Assembly: GCA_963827235.1 (NCBI GenBank)
Contig: CAWHAE010000009.1
Span: 256,001 to 320,000 of the forward strand
Source: an uncultured bacterium
GTDB lineage: Bacteria; Chloroflexota; UBA5177; JANWHV01
Reading direction: 5' to 3'
Length of the DNA stretch: 64,000 bases
Shown here: positions 10,102 to 20,928 of the stretch, piece by piece
How positions within the stretch are numbered: position 1 is the first letter of the stretch
Layout: each line of letters starts with the position of its first letter
Made by a program: the position numbers and the translations under genes
Notes under the pieces: model-generated
What the model was told of the DNA's origin: nothing
The model's input: the letters and a program-made list of their open reading frames with translations, nothing else
The model's database searches: none

Positions 10102-12130
10102 CTATAACAGACCCAGCTCTGCTGCCCGATCGACCGCCGCCCGGCGGTTGACAACGCCGAGCTTCGCGTAGATGCGCTTGGTATGGGTACGGACGGTGCT
10201 CAGGGCGACCACCAGCTCACGGGCGATCTCCGGCCCGGAAAGCTCGGTCTTGAGCAGCCGGAGCACGTCGCGCTCACGGTCACTGAGCGGCTCGATGAGG
10301 GGCGCCGCGGCGCGGGATGTGGGGAGCGACGTGTCGCCTGCGCGCCGCTGTTGCTCCGCTGCGCCATCGGTGGGCCTTCGTCCACAAAGGTGCGGACGTA
10401 GGCTCACAGGTGCGCATTGCCTCGTGGAGACGACCCTGCGCAATCCGAATATCCGCCAGGGCGATGACGCCACCGACTGCGTCGGAGATGTGCCCGGCCT
10501 TCTGCACCCTCGCCATGCAATCGGCATACGACCGGTGCGCTGCCTCGAGATCCCCGCTCGTCCAATAGGCGAGCCCCAGGAGCCCCGCTGCCGCTCCCCG
10601 CCGGAGATGGTCATCCTTAGGGACGAGGTCAGGCATCCGTAGGGCGTGGGTCACGGTGCCGGCCACATCGCCCACGGCCAGGGCACGTGCGGCACGGTTC
10701 AGGGCGATCGTACCAGGCAGACCGCGAAATTCCTCTTCATCCACGACGACCATCTCAGCCGATGCGGCGTCCGGTCGCCTTCCCATGTCTGCCGTCGTGG
10801 CCAGCCACCGTTCGGCGTCCCGTAGCCGGGTATCCACTCCCTCGAGCTCGCCGCGAAGCAGTAACGTGCCGGCATAGTGCACGCTGAGCACGGGCCTGCT
10901 GGGGAACAGCTCGCCCGGGAGCGCCTTGAGCCAGCCAAGCACCGTGGCCTCGTGTCGACTCCGGCGCATGGCCGGCACTGCCCGTTCGATTAGGCCCGCT
11001 GCCCGCGCGAAATCCTCGGCGGCCAGCGCGTGGCGGATTGCCCCGGCCGATAGACCGTTCTGCTCGTACCATTCGCTCGCCCGTCGATGCCGTGGAGCTA
11101 CCTGATCGGGCTGCTCCGCCTGCAAATGCGCAGAGAGCACGTCGCCAAAGAGGTGGTGGTAGCGGTACCAGCGGCGCTGGTCATTCAGCGGCACGACAAA
11201 GAAGTTGCCGCGCTCCAGAGCCTGCAGGAGCACGTTGCCTCCCTCCTGGCCGGTAACGGCATCGCACAGCGCACCATGTAGCCGGTCCAGCATGGCGGTC
11301 TGCAGCAAGAAGCGGCGGACATGCTCCGGCTGACGCTGCAGGACCTCTTCGACCAGATAGTCCACGATGTACCGGTGGTCTCCGGCGAAGGCTCGGATGA
11401 ATCCGGCAACATCCTGCTGGCCCTGCAGGGAAAGCGCGGCCAATTGCAGGCCGGCAATCCAACCTTCGGTGCGGTCTTCCAGGGCAGCAATGTCCGCCGG
11501 GGAGAGGCTGAGGCCCATCACAGCATTGAGGAATTCGGCCGCTTCGCCGGGTGTAAACCGCAAGTCGGCGGCGCGAAGCTCAGTCAGCTGCCCCCGCGCG
11601 CGTAACCGGGCCAGGGGGAGCAGCGGCTCTTCGCGGGTGGCGATCACCAGGTGCAGGTGCAGCTGCGGCGGCAGGTGCTCGAGCAGAAAGATGAGGGCAT
11701 TGTCAACCGGTTGGGCATCAATCAGGTGGTAGTCGTCAAGTACCAGGAGGAGCCCGTCCGGGAGGGCGGCGATCGTGTTGAGCAGGTTCGTCAGAATCGC
11801 GTCGGTCGGCGGTGGCTGCGCGGAGGGCAACGCCTCCACCATACTGTCTCCACGCTCAGTCGCAATCGTCTGTACAGCAGCGACCAGATAGACCAGAAAG
11901 CGTGCGAGGTCGTTATCCCCGTCGTCCAGCGACAGCCAGGTGGTCGGTCGCTCGATACCCTCGACCCATGCGCCGAGCAGCGTGGTCTTGCCAAAGCCGG
12001 CCGGGGCGGCGATGAGGGTTATCTTGCGGTGCAGTCCCTCATTCAGCCGCTCGATCAGTCGGGGGCGGGGGACAAGCGTGGGCCGGGGTCGGGGAATGAA
12101 GAGCTTGGTGATCAGCACCGGCGTAGGCAT
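10102..12130 (-). pseudogene. MalT-like LuxR-family ATPase regulator, internally deleted and frameshifted
   Basis: TKLFIP..RPRL, APAGFGKTTLL, LVLDDYH, RTEGWIAGLQL; the LuxR HTH (LSDRERDVLRLL...TVRTHTKRIYAKLGV) is out of frame and part of the TPR region is missing. Confidence 0.88.
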
Positions 12131-12395
12131 GGATTGAACCCCTCAGGCGGTACCTCGGCGTTTGCTTCCGCAGTCTCGCGTACGCCTGACCTTTGGCGAC
12201 GATGGCACCACTACCGAGAACGATCGCCTGGAGCAGTGTAAGACTATGAAGTATACCCACGCGGTGGCAAACCGTCCGATATCCAAGCGCAGGCAGCCGG
12301 CTCAACCTTGCTGCTGAAGTCTGAACTCTTGCCGATATCCATGCGCCCACGCCGCGCTCTTCTGTATGAGCTAGCTTATTGGTTGTACTGGTACC

Positions 12396-12818
12396 CTATT
12401 CTCTTTTCTCTCCTCTGAAAATCCACTGAACGCCGTACTTGTCATAGAACTGACCATACGTTCCAAATGGCATTTCATGCAATTCCTGAAACCTATTTTC
12501 TGCTGCTCCTTCTGCCAGCTTATCGAACACTGCCTTCAGTTCATCATACGTTCCGCCAATGACAAAGATTGCAGAGGTATTGCCCTGCTTGGGCTCAAAG
12601 TCGGGTGAAGCCATCCAATCTGCCGCGGATACTTCAATAGCACCGCTCTTGAGATGTGCATTGATAATCCTGCTGTGCTTATCTGGTGGAAACTGTGCTT
12701 TCATAGGAGTGTCTACAAGCCTTAGCAGCCTCAGTTCTCCTCCAAGACACCTGCGATAAAAGGTCATTGCCTCTGCACAGTTGCCGTCAAATAAGAGAAA
12801 TGGCGTACAATGTAGCAC
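12396..12818 (-). CDS. VOC/PhnB-like glyoxalase-superfamily protein
   Basis: TPFLLFDGNCAEAMTFYRRCLGG...HAHL...FGTYGQFYDKYGVQW; visibly lower GC than its flanks. Confidence 0.9.
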   Translation of the reverse strand: MLHCTPFLLFDGNCAEAMTFYRRCLGGELRLLRLVDTPMKAQFPPDKHSRIINAHLKSGAIEVSAADWMASPDFEPKQGNTSAIFVIGGTYDELKAVFDKLAEGAAENRFQELHEMPFGTYGQFYDKYGVQWIFRGEKRE

Positions 12819-12846
12819 GACCTTTTCCTCCTCGCGTACACCAACG

Positions 12847-13320
12847 CTAATATCGGGGCGATACCGTTACGTTAAGGGCGCCACTTGGGACCAAGGCCAA
12901 CCGCCGTCGAAATACTCGGGCGACGATGCCGCCTTGGACCGTGACTACGGCTACCGAAATCATGCCACCGTTCATGCATAGCGCGCTACTACTGGTGCCA
13001 TCGACCGCCACGCTGCCGGCCGTCAGCGTGCCGCCGTTGAGCAGCAGGTGACAGGAGTTCCCGTCCTGGCTCAGCGCAAGCAGGGTTCCGGCCGTGAAGT
13101 GCTTGATCATCAGCGAGCCCGCCAGGTAGCTGATCGTGTAGTTGGCCGCCGTGGTACCTGTGCAGGTAACGATGTATGTCTCCGCTGGCATGCTCGTACC
13201 GACGGTCCGGCCGCGGCCGTCGAGAGCAGTGCAGGCAAGTCCGCTCAGTACGGCAGGCGCGTCCCCGTTCAGGAAGCCAGCATAGCTCGCATCCAAGGGC
13301 GGATCCGCGCCGCCGAATGG
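12847..13320 (-). pseudogene. Fragment of a surface protein with an MBG-like Ig domain
   Basis: DPPLDASYAGFLNGDAPAVLSGLAC...YIVTCTGTTAANYTISYLAGSLMI; no credible start. Confidence 0.6.
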
Positions 13321-13439
13321 GCGACGTCCAGCCGGTCTTGTGTGCGTACAACACGGAGTTGTCTCTGCACCCGCTGCGCCGTCTAGGTGCGTCAGCTCGG
13401 GTGGATCGGGCAGTTCGCAGTCTTGCGTGAGGAGCATGG

Positions 13440-14272
13440 GGGTCTGGCGAAGGTCAACACTGCGGGGACTGGGAGATAGCTGGGGTATTGCTACCGCACT
13501 CCATAATCTCGGAAGCGTGGCGCATTTTCAAGGCGCGTATGCTCGGGCGACGGTGTTGCACGAGGAAGGACTTGCGCGACGCCGGGAGTTGAGTGACAGA
13601 TGGGGTATCGCCGCCTCACTGCTCAATCTGGGGAAGGTGGTGCTCGACCAGGGCGACCACAGTCGGGCTGCTGCGTTGTCCGAGGAATCATTGGCGCTGT
13701 ACCGGGAGCTTGGGGACAAGGGAGGCATCGCCAACTCGCTCAATAGCCTGGGAACGTGGGCGTACGTGCTGGACGACTTCGGCCGGGCGGTGGCACTGCA
13801 TCAGCAGAGTCTGACCCTGAAGAGGGAGCAAGGAGACGAGGGTGGCATGGCGGCAGCGCTCAACTCCCTGGGGAGGGCTGTAGCTGCGCTGAGCGACGCC
13901 GGGCGAGCCACCGAGTTGCAGATGGAGGCCCTGGCTCTCTGCCGGGCAATAGGTGATAAGCGTCTGAGCGCGCTCTGCCTGGAGGCATTGGCCGGAATAT
14001 CCAGCACCCAGGACCGGCCCGAGCGCGCCGCACGGCTGCTTGGAGCTGCCGATGGCGTGCGCAGCCGCATCGATGCTCCCCTTCCCCTGAACGAGCAATT
14101 GCACCATGAGTGTCTGAAAGAATCAGTGCGCGTCCAACTTAACGAAGCGACGTATGGGGCGGCATGGGAAGCCGGGCACGACATGAGCCTGGACGAGGCC
14201 ATCGACTTGGCGCACAGCGCAGATTGGCCGGCTGAGCTGGTCAGCGAGGTATTGCCAGCGCTGGAAGCTTGA
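13440..14272 (+). pseudogene. C-terminal TPR region of an ATPase-TPR regulator (5' truncated)
   Basis: Repeats LGDSWGIATALHNLG / LGDKGGIANSLNSLG and the ending ERAARLLGAA...AAWEAGHDMSLDEAI; N-terminal ATPase absent. Confidence 0.8.
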
Positions 14273-15031
14273 CGGGTCCAGTCGTGGCGACGACATTTGA
14301 CTGCCACTGCGATCCAGTTTGGTCATTTGGTCGCGCAGCAGAACCGTCCCCCGCTGAATGACGCGGTTGCCTTCCGTGCTAGGACCACGTCTGAACCGAG
14401 AATGCCTCCCGCACTTCCGATCGACTGCATAGTCGTCACATCGGCGCTGCGTGACAAGATCGCGCTGACCTTGCCGATCACGCAGGCTTGTCGTCGTCTG
14501 GCAGTACAGTCTGTGCACGGCCCGAGCCAGTGCATCATTCGCGTGATCCAGGATTGCTGCGTCTGCACGCTGCGACACAGATGCACATGTGCGAGGTCAT
14601 GCCCACAACCGCCGGCTCAGCCGCGAGAGTTCTCGATTTGGCCGCTCTCCCACCCATACACACATCATCCGAGCGCCACAGTGCGGCAAGAGTGCGGGAA
14701 CTGTGCGGGATCTCTTCATGGCCGGGCGGATAAAACACGTTCAAACTGAAGAATATACGGTAACAGCTCAGAACTGGCTCCCTACAGGGCCGAAAGGAGC
14801 AGCCACCTTCGTCGATACGCGGTCGAAGATCCGGTCACGGCCAGCACGGCCTTCGACCCGGCAGCCACGTATGGTCCCGGCTCGGCCCGCGCCTGCAAGC
14901 GCGTGAGCGCCTGCCGGAAAGCACCATCACGGCGTGCGGGACCGCAACATGCTCCCAGTGGTGCGGCGCGACCGCACGGTCTACCCCAGGTAATTCTTCG
15001 AATGGCATGTCCAGCAGACAGGATAAACATT

Positions 15032-16762
15032 ATGCGCACACGACTGCGATTCTCGACCCTCTCGACTCTTCGGCAGTACGTCGTCCTACTTCGTGGTGCC
15101 GCCTGCGCGCTCGTTGTCGTCTGCACGCTGGCTTTGGGTGCCGGCGCTGTGACCGGGCCGCACGCATACGCCGCGGCGGCTTGCAGCCCAACGACGACGC
15201 CCACGGCCGACGACACGCCACCTGCCGACTTCTCCAGCGACGCCAACATCATCGGCAACTTCACCGCGGCCCGGCAGGCCGAGGGATGCGCGACGACCTT
15301 CACGCTGCCCGCGGGCTTCGATGGGCTCTCGCCGCAGCAGCAGATGCTGGCCCTCTTCAACACGGAGCGCGCCGACCGCGGACTGGGCGCCCTGCAGCTG
15401 GACGGCACGCTCCTCTCTCAAATCTCGCTCAACCACAGCCGCGAGATGGCGCAGTACGCGTACTTTGACCACCCCAGCCCGATCAATCAGCCGACCGGAG
15501 TCTTCGCCCGGTTCACCGTCAACCCGGCAATTGCCCATGCAAGCCACGGTGAGGGCGAGAACATCTCGGCCGGCCAGTCGACGGCGGCTTCGGCGGTTTA
15601 CGGCTTCATGTACCAGGATTCGCAGTCAGCCTGGGGTCATCGGCACAATATCCTGGGCAACTTCGATTGGGTGGGCATCGGCATCGCCCCGGGCACGCCT
15701 ACCAGCCCGTTCACGCCGTACTACACCGACGACTTCCTCCAGGACTCGCCCGCCACGCCCTACACGCCCCCCGCAACCGCCAACACCAATGCGCCCAGCC
15801 TGAATGCGCCGACCCTCGCGGGCTCGGTTGCCACGGTGACCAACGTCGTCGAGCAGGGCGACCCGACCGCCATCACCGGGGTGGTGTTCTACACAGGATC
15901 GATTGTCGAAACCGGGAACACCTTCAACACCGTTGCCGCCACCAACCAGGGAAACGGCACCTGGACGGCAACGCTCCCCGCAGGAGCCACCGGCGCGCTG
16001 CACGCCATAGCCGTCGACGCCAGCGGTAACTTCACCGATGTCGCCATCGCCGGCGCAACCGCTCCCGGAGGCGGTACGGGCGGCACTGGCGCCTGCACGC
16101 CGGACGGCACGGTCTGTCTCACGAGCTTCACGGCCAGTAGCACGGCGCCTGCCGCGGGCACAAGCGTGACGCTGACCGCATCGACCAACATCGATCCCGG
16201 ACCGACCATCTGGTTTGTCGATATTGTCGATGAGAACGGCGCCATTCTCACGAGCTGCGGCTCCGGCCTGAGCTGCACCGCCACCGCGTCGTCGGCCGGC
16301 GCTGCGACGCACCAGTACACGGCACGGCTGAGCACCTCGTCGTCCAGCATCAGCGCAGGTGCGCCGACATCCGCCACGGTCGCCGTGACCTGGAGTGCAG
16401 CCGCCGGTGGTACCGGTGGCACGGGTGGCACCGCCGCTCCCGGCGGCGCAGGCGCCTGCACGCCGGACGGCACGGTCTGCCTGACGAGCTTCACGGCCAG
16501 CAGCACGACGCCTGCCGCGGGCACAAGCGTGACGCTGACCGCATCGACCAACATCGATCCCGGACCGACCATCTGGTTTGTCGATATTGTCGATGAGAAC
16601 GGCGCCATTCTCACGAGCTGCGGCTCCGGCCTGAGCTGCACCGCCACCGCGTCGTCGGCCGGCGCTGCGACGCACCAGTACACGGCACGGCTGAGCACCT
16701 CGTCGTCCAGCATCAGCGCGGGCGCGCCGACGTCCGCCACGGTCGCCGTGACCTGGCACTGA
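15032..16762 (+). CDS. Secreted CAP (SCP) domain protein with Ig-like domain and two C-terminal repeats
   Basis: Signal peptide ending AYA; LFNTERADRGL...NHSREMAQYAYFDH...GENI...WGHRHNILG...VGIGI CAP motifs. Confidence 0.9.
   Translation: MRTRLRFSTLSTLRQYVVLLRGAACALVVVCTLALGAGAVTGPHAYAAAACSPTTTPTADDTPPADFSSDANIIGNFTAARQAEGCATTFTLPAGFDGLSPQQQMLALFNTERADRGLGALQLDGTLLSQISLNHSREMAQYAYFDHPSPINQPTGVFARFTVNPAIAHASHGEGENISAGQSTAASAVYGFMYQDSQSAWGHRHNILGNFDWVGIGIAPGTPTSPFTPYYTDDFLQDSPATPYTPPATANTNAPSLNAPTLAGSVATVTNVVEQGDPTAITGVVFYTGSIVETGNTFNTVAATNQGNGTWTATLPAGATGALHAIAVDASGNFTDVAIAGATAPGGGTGGTGACTPDGTVCLTSFTASSTAPAAGTSVTLTASTNIDPGPTIWFVDIVDENGAILTSCGSGLSCTATASSAGAATHQYTARLSTSSSSISAGAPTSATVAVTWSAAAGGTGGTGGTAAPGGAGACTPDGTVCLTSFTASSTTPAAGTSVTLTASTNIDPGPTIWFVDIVDENGAILTSCGSGLSCTATASSAGAATHQYTARLSTSSSSISAGAPTSATVAVTWH
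16088..16756 (+). repeat. Near-identical 306-bp direct repeat (16088-16393 and 16451-16756) inside the CAP gene
   Basis: Both copies encode GACTPDGTVCLTSFTAS...ATVAVTW with few nucleotide differences. Confidence 0.95.
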
Positions 16763-16777
16763 GTCTACAAGCACGGA

Positions 16778-16818
16778 GCCGGTCGGGATCATCGAGGCAA
16801 TCCCGACCGGCCTGTTTC
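16778..16818 (+). terminator. Intrinsic terminator-like hairpin after the CAP gene
   Basis: GCCGGTCGGGAT-loop-ATCCCGACCGGC followed by CTGTTT. Confidence 0.75.
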
Positions 16819-17120
16819 CCCGTCACCTGGGATCGGTACGCGGGATGGCTGCTCTTGCGGCGCGCTCTGCGGCCCCGATGCATGTGTCGAGTCTTGAGAT
16901 TCTCGTTCAGGCATGTTCAAACAATAGGGAGTTGAGTCCATGGAGGAGGTGCTACGACGTCGCAGCTACCGGCTTATCGCTGGTGGCGCGCTGCTGATGT
17001 GAGGAACTCAGCGGCACACCGTCGTGTTTTGGTCAAACGCTCGTATCCGCGCTACAGAGAGAGCCTCAGCGCGCGCCAACGTTGCCGGCGCGCCGACAGA
17101 GTCAAGAGAGGGAGTACGCC

Positions 17121-17687
17121 GTGAAACAACCCATCGCGCGAACCGTGGCTGCCTGCGCATTGCTGCTCGCCACGTTTATGGCCGCGTCGCACGCGCCTGC
17201 CACTGCCGGCTCATCCTTGAAGACGTACCGAGACAATGCCAATCATTTTACCTTTCAGTATCCTACGAGCTGGGCGCTGGATTCGAAACTCTCCGACATT
17301 TCCAGGGTTGCGGCCTCGGTCGGCATCAAGAGCGGCGTGGCGGTAGCTCCTTCCGACAACGCGGCGTATTTCGCGGTGCTCGTGAAGCCCTCCGGCACGT
17401 CTCTGGCAGCGCAGCGCAGCGCGGACACTGCCCTCATCAAAGAGGGAGTGACGATCATCGGATCCATCCACTTCAAGGACATGTCGGCCGCCTTTGGCGG
17501 TAACGCACTGGGCGCGGGCGCAACCGTGCGTTTTGACGCCTCACATTCCGGCTGGGTGACGGTCCAAGCGTACGTCCACCATAGTAGGACCTATTACAAC
17601 CTGCAGTCCGAACTGACCACTCCCACCATATCCAGCGCCGAGAACCAGCAGATGAAAGCAGTGGTCACCAGCTACGTTTCCGACTGA
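17121..17687 (+). CDS. Secreted hypothetical protein (PsbP-like start)
   Basis: GGGAG RBS, GTG start, signal peptide, KTYRDNANHFTFQYPTSW motif. Confidence 0.75.
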   Translation: MKQPIARTVAACALLLATFMAASHAPATAGSSLKTYRDNANHFTFQYPTSWALDSKLSDISRVAASVGIKSGVAVAPSDNAAYFAVLVKPSGTSLAAQRSADTALIKEGVTIIGSIHFKDMSAAFGGNALGAGATVRFDASHSGWVTVQAYVHHSRTYYNLQSELTTPTISSAENQQMKAVVTSYVSD

Positions 17688-17786
17688 TCGGCTGGCGCGC
17701 TGCACCACAGCGTTGGAGAGATCCCATTGCCGGCCTGCACCGCGCCCAATGCGGACGACGTTCCGCTGGCGTGTCTGCATGCAACT

Positions 17787-17915
17787 CTAGATCGTGTTAT
17801 CCGCTTTGCTTGAGGAGTGGGCAGCGCGGTGCAACAGCAGGCAGATGAAGGCGGCGAGGCGCATTCCTATCAGGTTGGCCTGCAGCCGTTCGTAGTCCTT
17901 GGCCAGACGACAGAC
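17787..17915 (-). mobile_element. IS5-family transposase 3' end remnant
   Basis: RLAKDYERLQANLIGMRLAAFICLLLHR...NTI*, with the stop inside a CTAG. Confidence 0.75.
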
Positions 17916-18059
17916 GGAGTGCGCTAGCCGATACGGGGTCGTGCTGAGATACGTGCAAAAAGAGGAATTAGGCCGATACGACGCCATCAGGTGCGCCTGA
18001 CTCCTGTACAGACAGCGTCATATTTCCATCCAGCGGGGTCGGCGGCACGTCCAACTGCA

Positions 18060-18240
18060 CGAGGCAAAAGATCGTGCGAACGACCCGACCGTATCGCCCT
18101 GGTCCATGCCAAAGACCACGACCGGTCCCTCGCCAAGGATGTCTGCTGTGGCAAGGGCGATGTGCCGTGGGAGGATGCCTTCGCCGCCTTGCGCGGCGTG
18201 GGCTGCGACGACAACCTGATGGTCGATACTCCGGCCCGAG
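18060..18240 (+). pseudogene. Sugar-phosphate isomerase/epimerase (TIM barrel) C-terminal fragment
   Basis: DRIALVHAKD...GKGDVPWEDAFAALRGVG.D. Confidence 0.6.
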
Positions 18241-18347
18241 CCGGCCGGGCACTGCCCTATCGTGCTGCCGGTCTCCATGCCGCCGAGACGAGCCTGCGCT
18301 GGCCGACCCGCTACCCCTGATGTGAGGGTCTGCGCGGCGACCGCGAC

Positions 18348-18728
18348 ATGTTCATGATCTGGCAGGTGAACGGCGGCGGCAAGACCATGCAGGACTTCGG
18401 CAGCCAACCCATCCCGGTCCCCTATCTCAAGTTCATGGAGCGGATGCCGCTCTGGCACAAGACCGACGACTACATCTTCGTGCATGCCGGCCTGAAGGTC
18501 GGCGGCACGCCGGCATCCTCCAGCGCCGAGGACCTGCTCTGGCAGCGCGAGCCGTTCCTCTCCAGCCCCTACGATTGGGGCAAGCGGGTGATCTGCGGCC
18601 ACAACATTCAGACGCAGGGCCCCCTGGTGATGTCCAACAAGATCTGCATCGATACCGGCTCCTTCCTGCCGGCCGGCACGCTCACCTGTCTGATCCTGCC
18701 CACCCTCGAGTTCGCCTGCGCCCACTAG
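18348..18728 (+). pseudogene. Ser/Thr metallophosphatase (PphA-like) C-terminal part
   Basis: W.VNGG..T, YIFVHAG, DLLWQRE.F, VICGH, ICIDTG; the N-terminal DxHG/GDxxDRG/GNHE motifs are missing. Confidence 0.8.
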
Positions 18729-18859
18729 GCCAATAATCGTCAAGGACGCAGGGCGGCTGCAACCCGCTCGAGCCGGGCGCGCTACCCGGATTGGCCTCCA
18801 ACCCGCTGTCATCTGTACGCGCTCCACATGCTATCCGCATACTGAGCGAGCGCACTTAA

Positions 18860-18903
18860 CAGCAAGAAGCCCCCGGTCATCACTGGCCGGGGGCTTCTTG
18901 CTG
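18860..18903. terminator. Bidirectional terminator-like hairpin between convergent genes
   Basis: CAGCAAGAAGCCCCCGG...CCGGGGGCTTCTTGCTG, 17-bp perfect arms. Confidence 0.85.
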
Positions 18904-18911
18904 CGTTCTGG

Positions 18912-19364
18912 TCACTTCTTGGGCGGCATGATCGCCTGGCATTGGCTAAACTCATGCACGGCGAGGGCGTAGTCATAGCGCGCAATGAACGCCGGTTGTC
19001 CGTTGTCCAACGGTATCTGCCAGGCCGCTAGGAACACTGCATCCATGTTGCCGAACGCGCTGATCAGCAGACCTTCCTGCTTCTTGTAGTGGGTGTATTG
19101 GGTCGGGCGTCTGTCCCAGTAGTACCACTCCTGATCTATCGTGTGGTAGTCGGCAACGGCCTGCTGGGAGAACTGTTGCTCAGAGATGTGGCCCACCTTC
19201 AGGCCGCTGGACAAGGTGTTCCACAGGGTTATTGCTTGCAGGACTTGCGCATGTTGCGCCCACAAGTAGACACGCTGTTTGGAGACTGACCAGCCCTGGG
19301 CATGAGCGGGCTGCGCGGCGGATAGGAGCAAGAAAACGGCCAGGATCGCGGCAATTCTCTTCAT
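18912..19364 (-). CDS. Secreted hypothetical protein
   Basis: GGAGG RBS, MKRIAAILAVFLLLSAAQPAHA signal peptide; aromatic-rich helical mature part. Confidence 0.75.
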   Translation of the reverse strand: MKRIAAILAVFLLLSAAQPAHAQGWSVSKQRVYLWAQHAQVLQAITLWNTLSSGLKVGHISEQQFSQQAVADYHTIDQEWYYWDRRPTQYTHYKKQEGLLISAFGNMDAVFLAAWQIPLDNGQPAFIARYDYALAVHEFSQCQAIMPPKK

Positions 19365-19619
19365 GTCGGGCACCTCCACAGCCCAAGTATAGCCCGGCTC
19401 GTTTCGCCTGTGAAGCACTCCCGCGCCCAATAGCAAGCCCCCAACCACGGTTGATGGTTGGGGCTCTCTGCTTACTGCTTGGGCTCTTACTGCGCGGCCG
19501 GCAGGCGCTTCTGCAGGTCGTCTACCTCGTTCAGCAACGCCATGATCACTCCGCAGAGTGCCTTGGTGCTGTGGTCCTTTTTGGTTTGGGCAATGTCGCG
19601 CACGGATTCACGAAGTACA

Positions 19620-20666
19620 GTTACAGTTGTCGGTCACGACCAGGATCGCGATCCAGGCGGGCGTGGTGGCCGCCGCTGCTGGCGCCGGGCAAGGGTGGCC
19701 TGGCGCCGCTCCTGGAGGAAGAGAAAGTAGTCCTCGGCCGCCAGATAGGCGACGTGCTGCCGCGGCGTCCAGCGCGCGGGGCGGAGTCGTGCCTGCCGCT
19801 CGCGGCACACATCGCGCCAGGCCGCGTCCTCCTGCCGGCGCTGCTGCCGGAGCGCGCGGTCCGCCCCGTGCTCCGTCGCCTCCTGGCATCGCTGCCGAAC
19901 CGTGCGCACAGGCGTGCGCGGCGCCGACCGCCACACGAACTCCCGCATGGCCCGCTCATAGGCCGTCTCCAGGTTTGCGAATACCTGGCCCGGCCAGGTC
20001 CGTTCCGCGTCGCTCGCGCTCGGGCGCGGCCCATACACCACGAGCCGGCCCGACGACCCGCTCACCACTGGCAGGTGCGCCGCCACCGCATGCACCGCCG
20101 GCACGAAGCACAGGTCCACATTCAGGGTTTGGCCGGGCTCGTCGGCGGTGCGGTTCTCGCCGTTCGACCCCCCCTCTTGCCCGGCGCGCTCGGCGCAGGT
20201 AACAACCCGGCAGCGCGCAGGATGCGCTGCACCGTGCTCGCACTGACCAGCGGCACCCACCCGTGCGCCTTCGCCAGCTCCGCTGCCAGCCGGCGTTTGC
20301 CCCACGCCGGCTGCTCCTGCCGCAGGGCAACTACCTGCGCGACCACTGCGGGTGCTGTCCGGTGGGGCTGGTGCGGCACCTGGCTGGCGAACTGCTCCAA
20401 GGCGGGGTAGCCCCCCGCCAGAAACCGCGGCTTCCAATAATAGAAGGTACGTCGTCCGACGTGCGCCACCCGACAGGCCCGCGCGACGTCACCGGTCGCC
20501 TGCCAGGTCTCGAACAAGAGCCGTCGTTGGGACGGCGTCGTGCGGGGGAAATGCGTCCGTGCCATGCGGGTCACCTTGGTCTTAGCCGGCGATCGCGAGT
20601 CCTGCTCCAGGTCCGCTCAGCATGGCACACCGCTCCGTAATGTGCAATATCCGATGAGCCCTAACA
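19620..20666 (-). mobile_element. Truncated IS481-like element
   Basis: HTH region (GDVARACRVAHVGRRTFYYWKPRF...WGKRRLAAEL...VSASTVQRIL), -1 shift at AAGAGGGGGG into TADEPGQTLNVDLCFVP, later WIAILVVTDNC; left end TGTTAGGGCTCATCGGATATTGCACA; no right end seen. Confidence 0.75.
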
Positions 20667-20803
20667 GCCCTTCGTGGCCGACACGCCACGGAACATGACT
20701 ATCCCCGCCAACGGGGCGTCGACAGCAGTGACGTCACCACGGTCGAGGCGCTCGCCGCAGACCTGCGTGCTCGCCGTATTCTCGAACCTTGACCAATCGC
20801 GAG

Positions 20804-20858
20804 GTTAGCCGAGTGTTAATGCCGGCTTAACGTGGGCTTAACGCTCACTTGCTAGAGT
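20804..20858 (+). promoter_or_regulatory. Four 11-bp-phased direct repeats (PHO-box/OmpR-type) and a -10-like TAGAGT
   Basis: GTTAG (20804), GTTAA (20815), CTTAA (20826), CTTAA (20837); TAGAGT at 20853. Confidence 0.6.
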
Positions 20859-20928
20859 GTATGGCGTACTGAAGCAACAGACGCTACAGTGTGACGTTTG
20901 CTGCGCCAACCAGGAAGGGAGTCTATCC

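Noticed and set aside
14785-14804. CAGGGCCGAAAGGAGCAGCC resembles the SRP RNA core
   Set aside because: One base short in the tetraloop stem, and the flanks do not form the long SRP helix.
14913-14990. Partial likeness to a c-di-GMP riboswitch (GGAAA...GGCGC...ACGGTCTAC)
   Set aside because: The GAAA tetraloop, GCAAA junction and complementary 3' strand could not be placed.
18348-19620. Possible prophage remnant (phosphatase plus orphan genes)
   Set aside because: No structural, integrase or replication genes are present.
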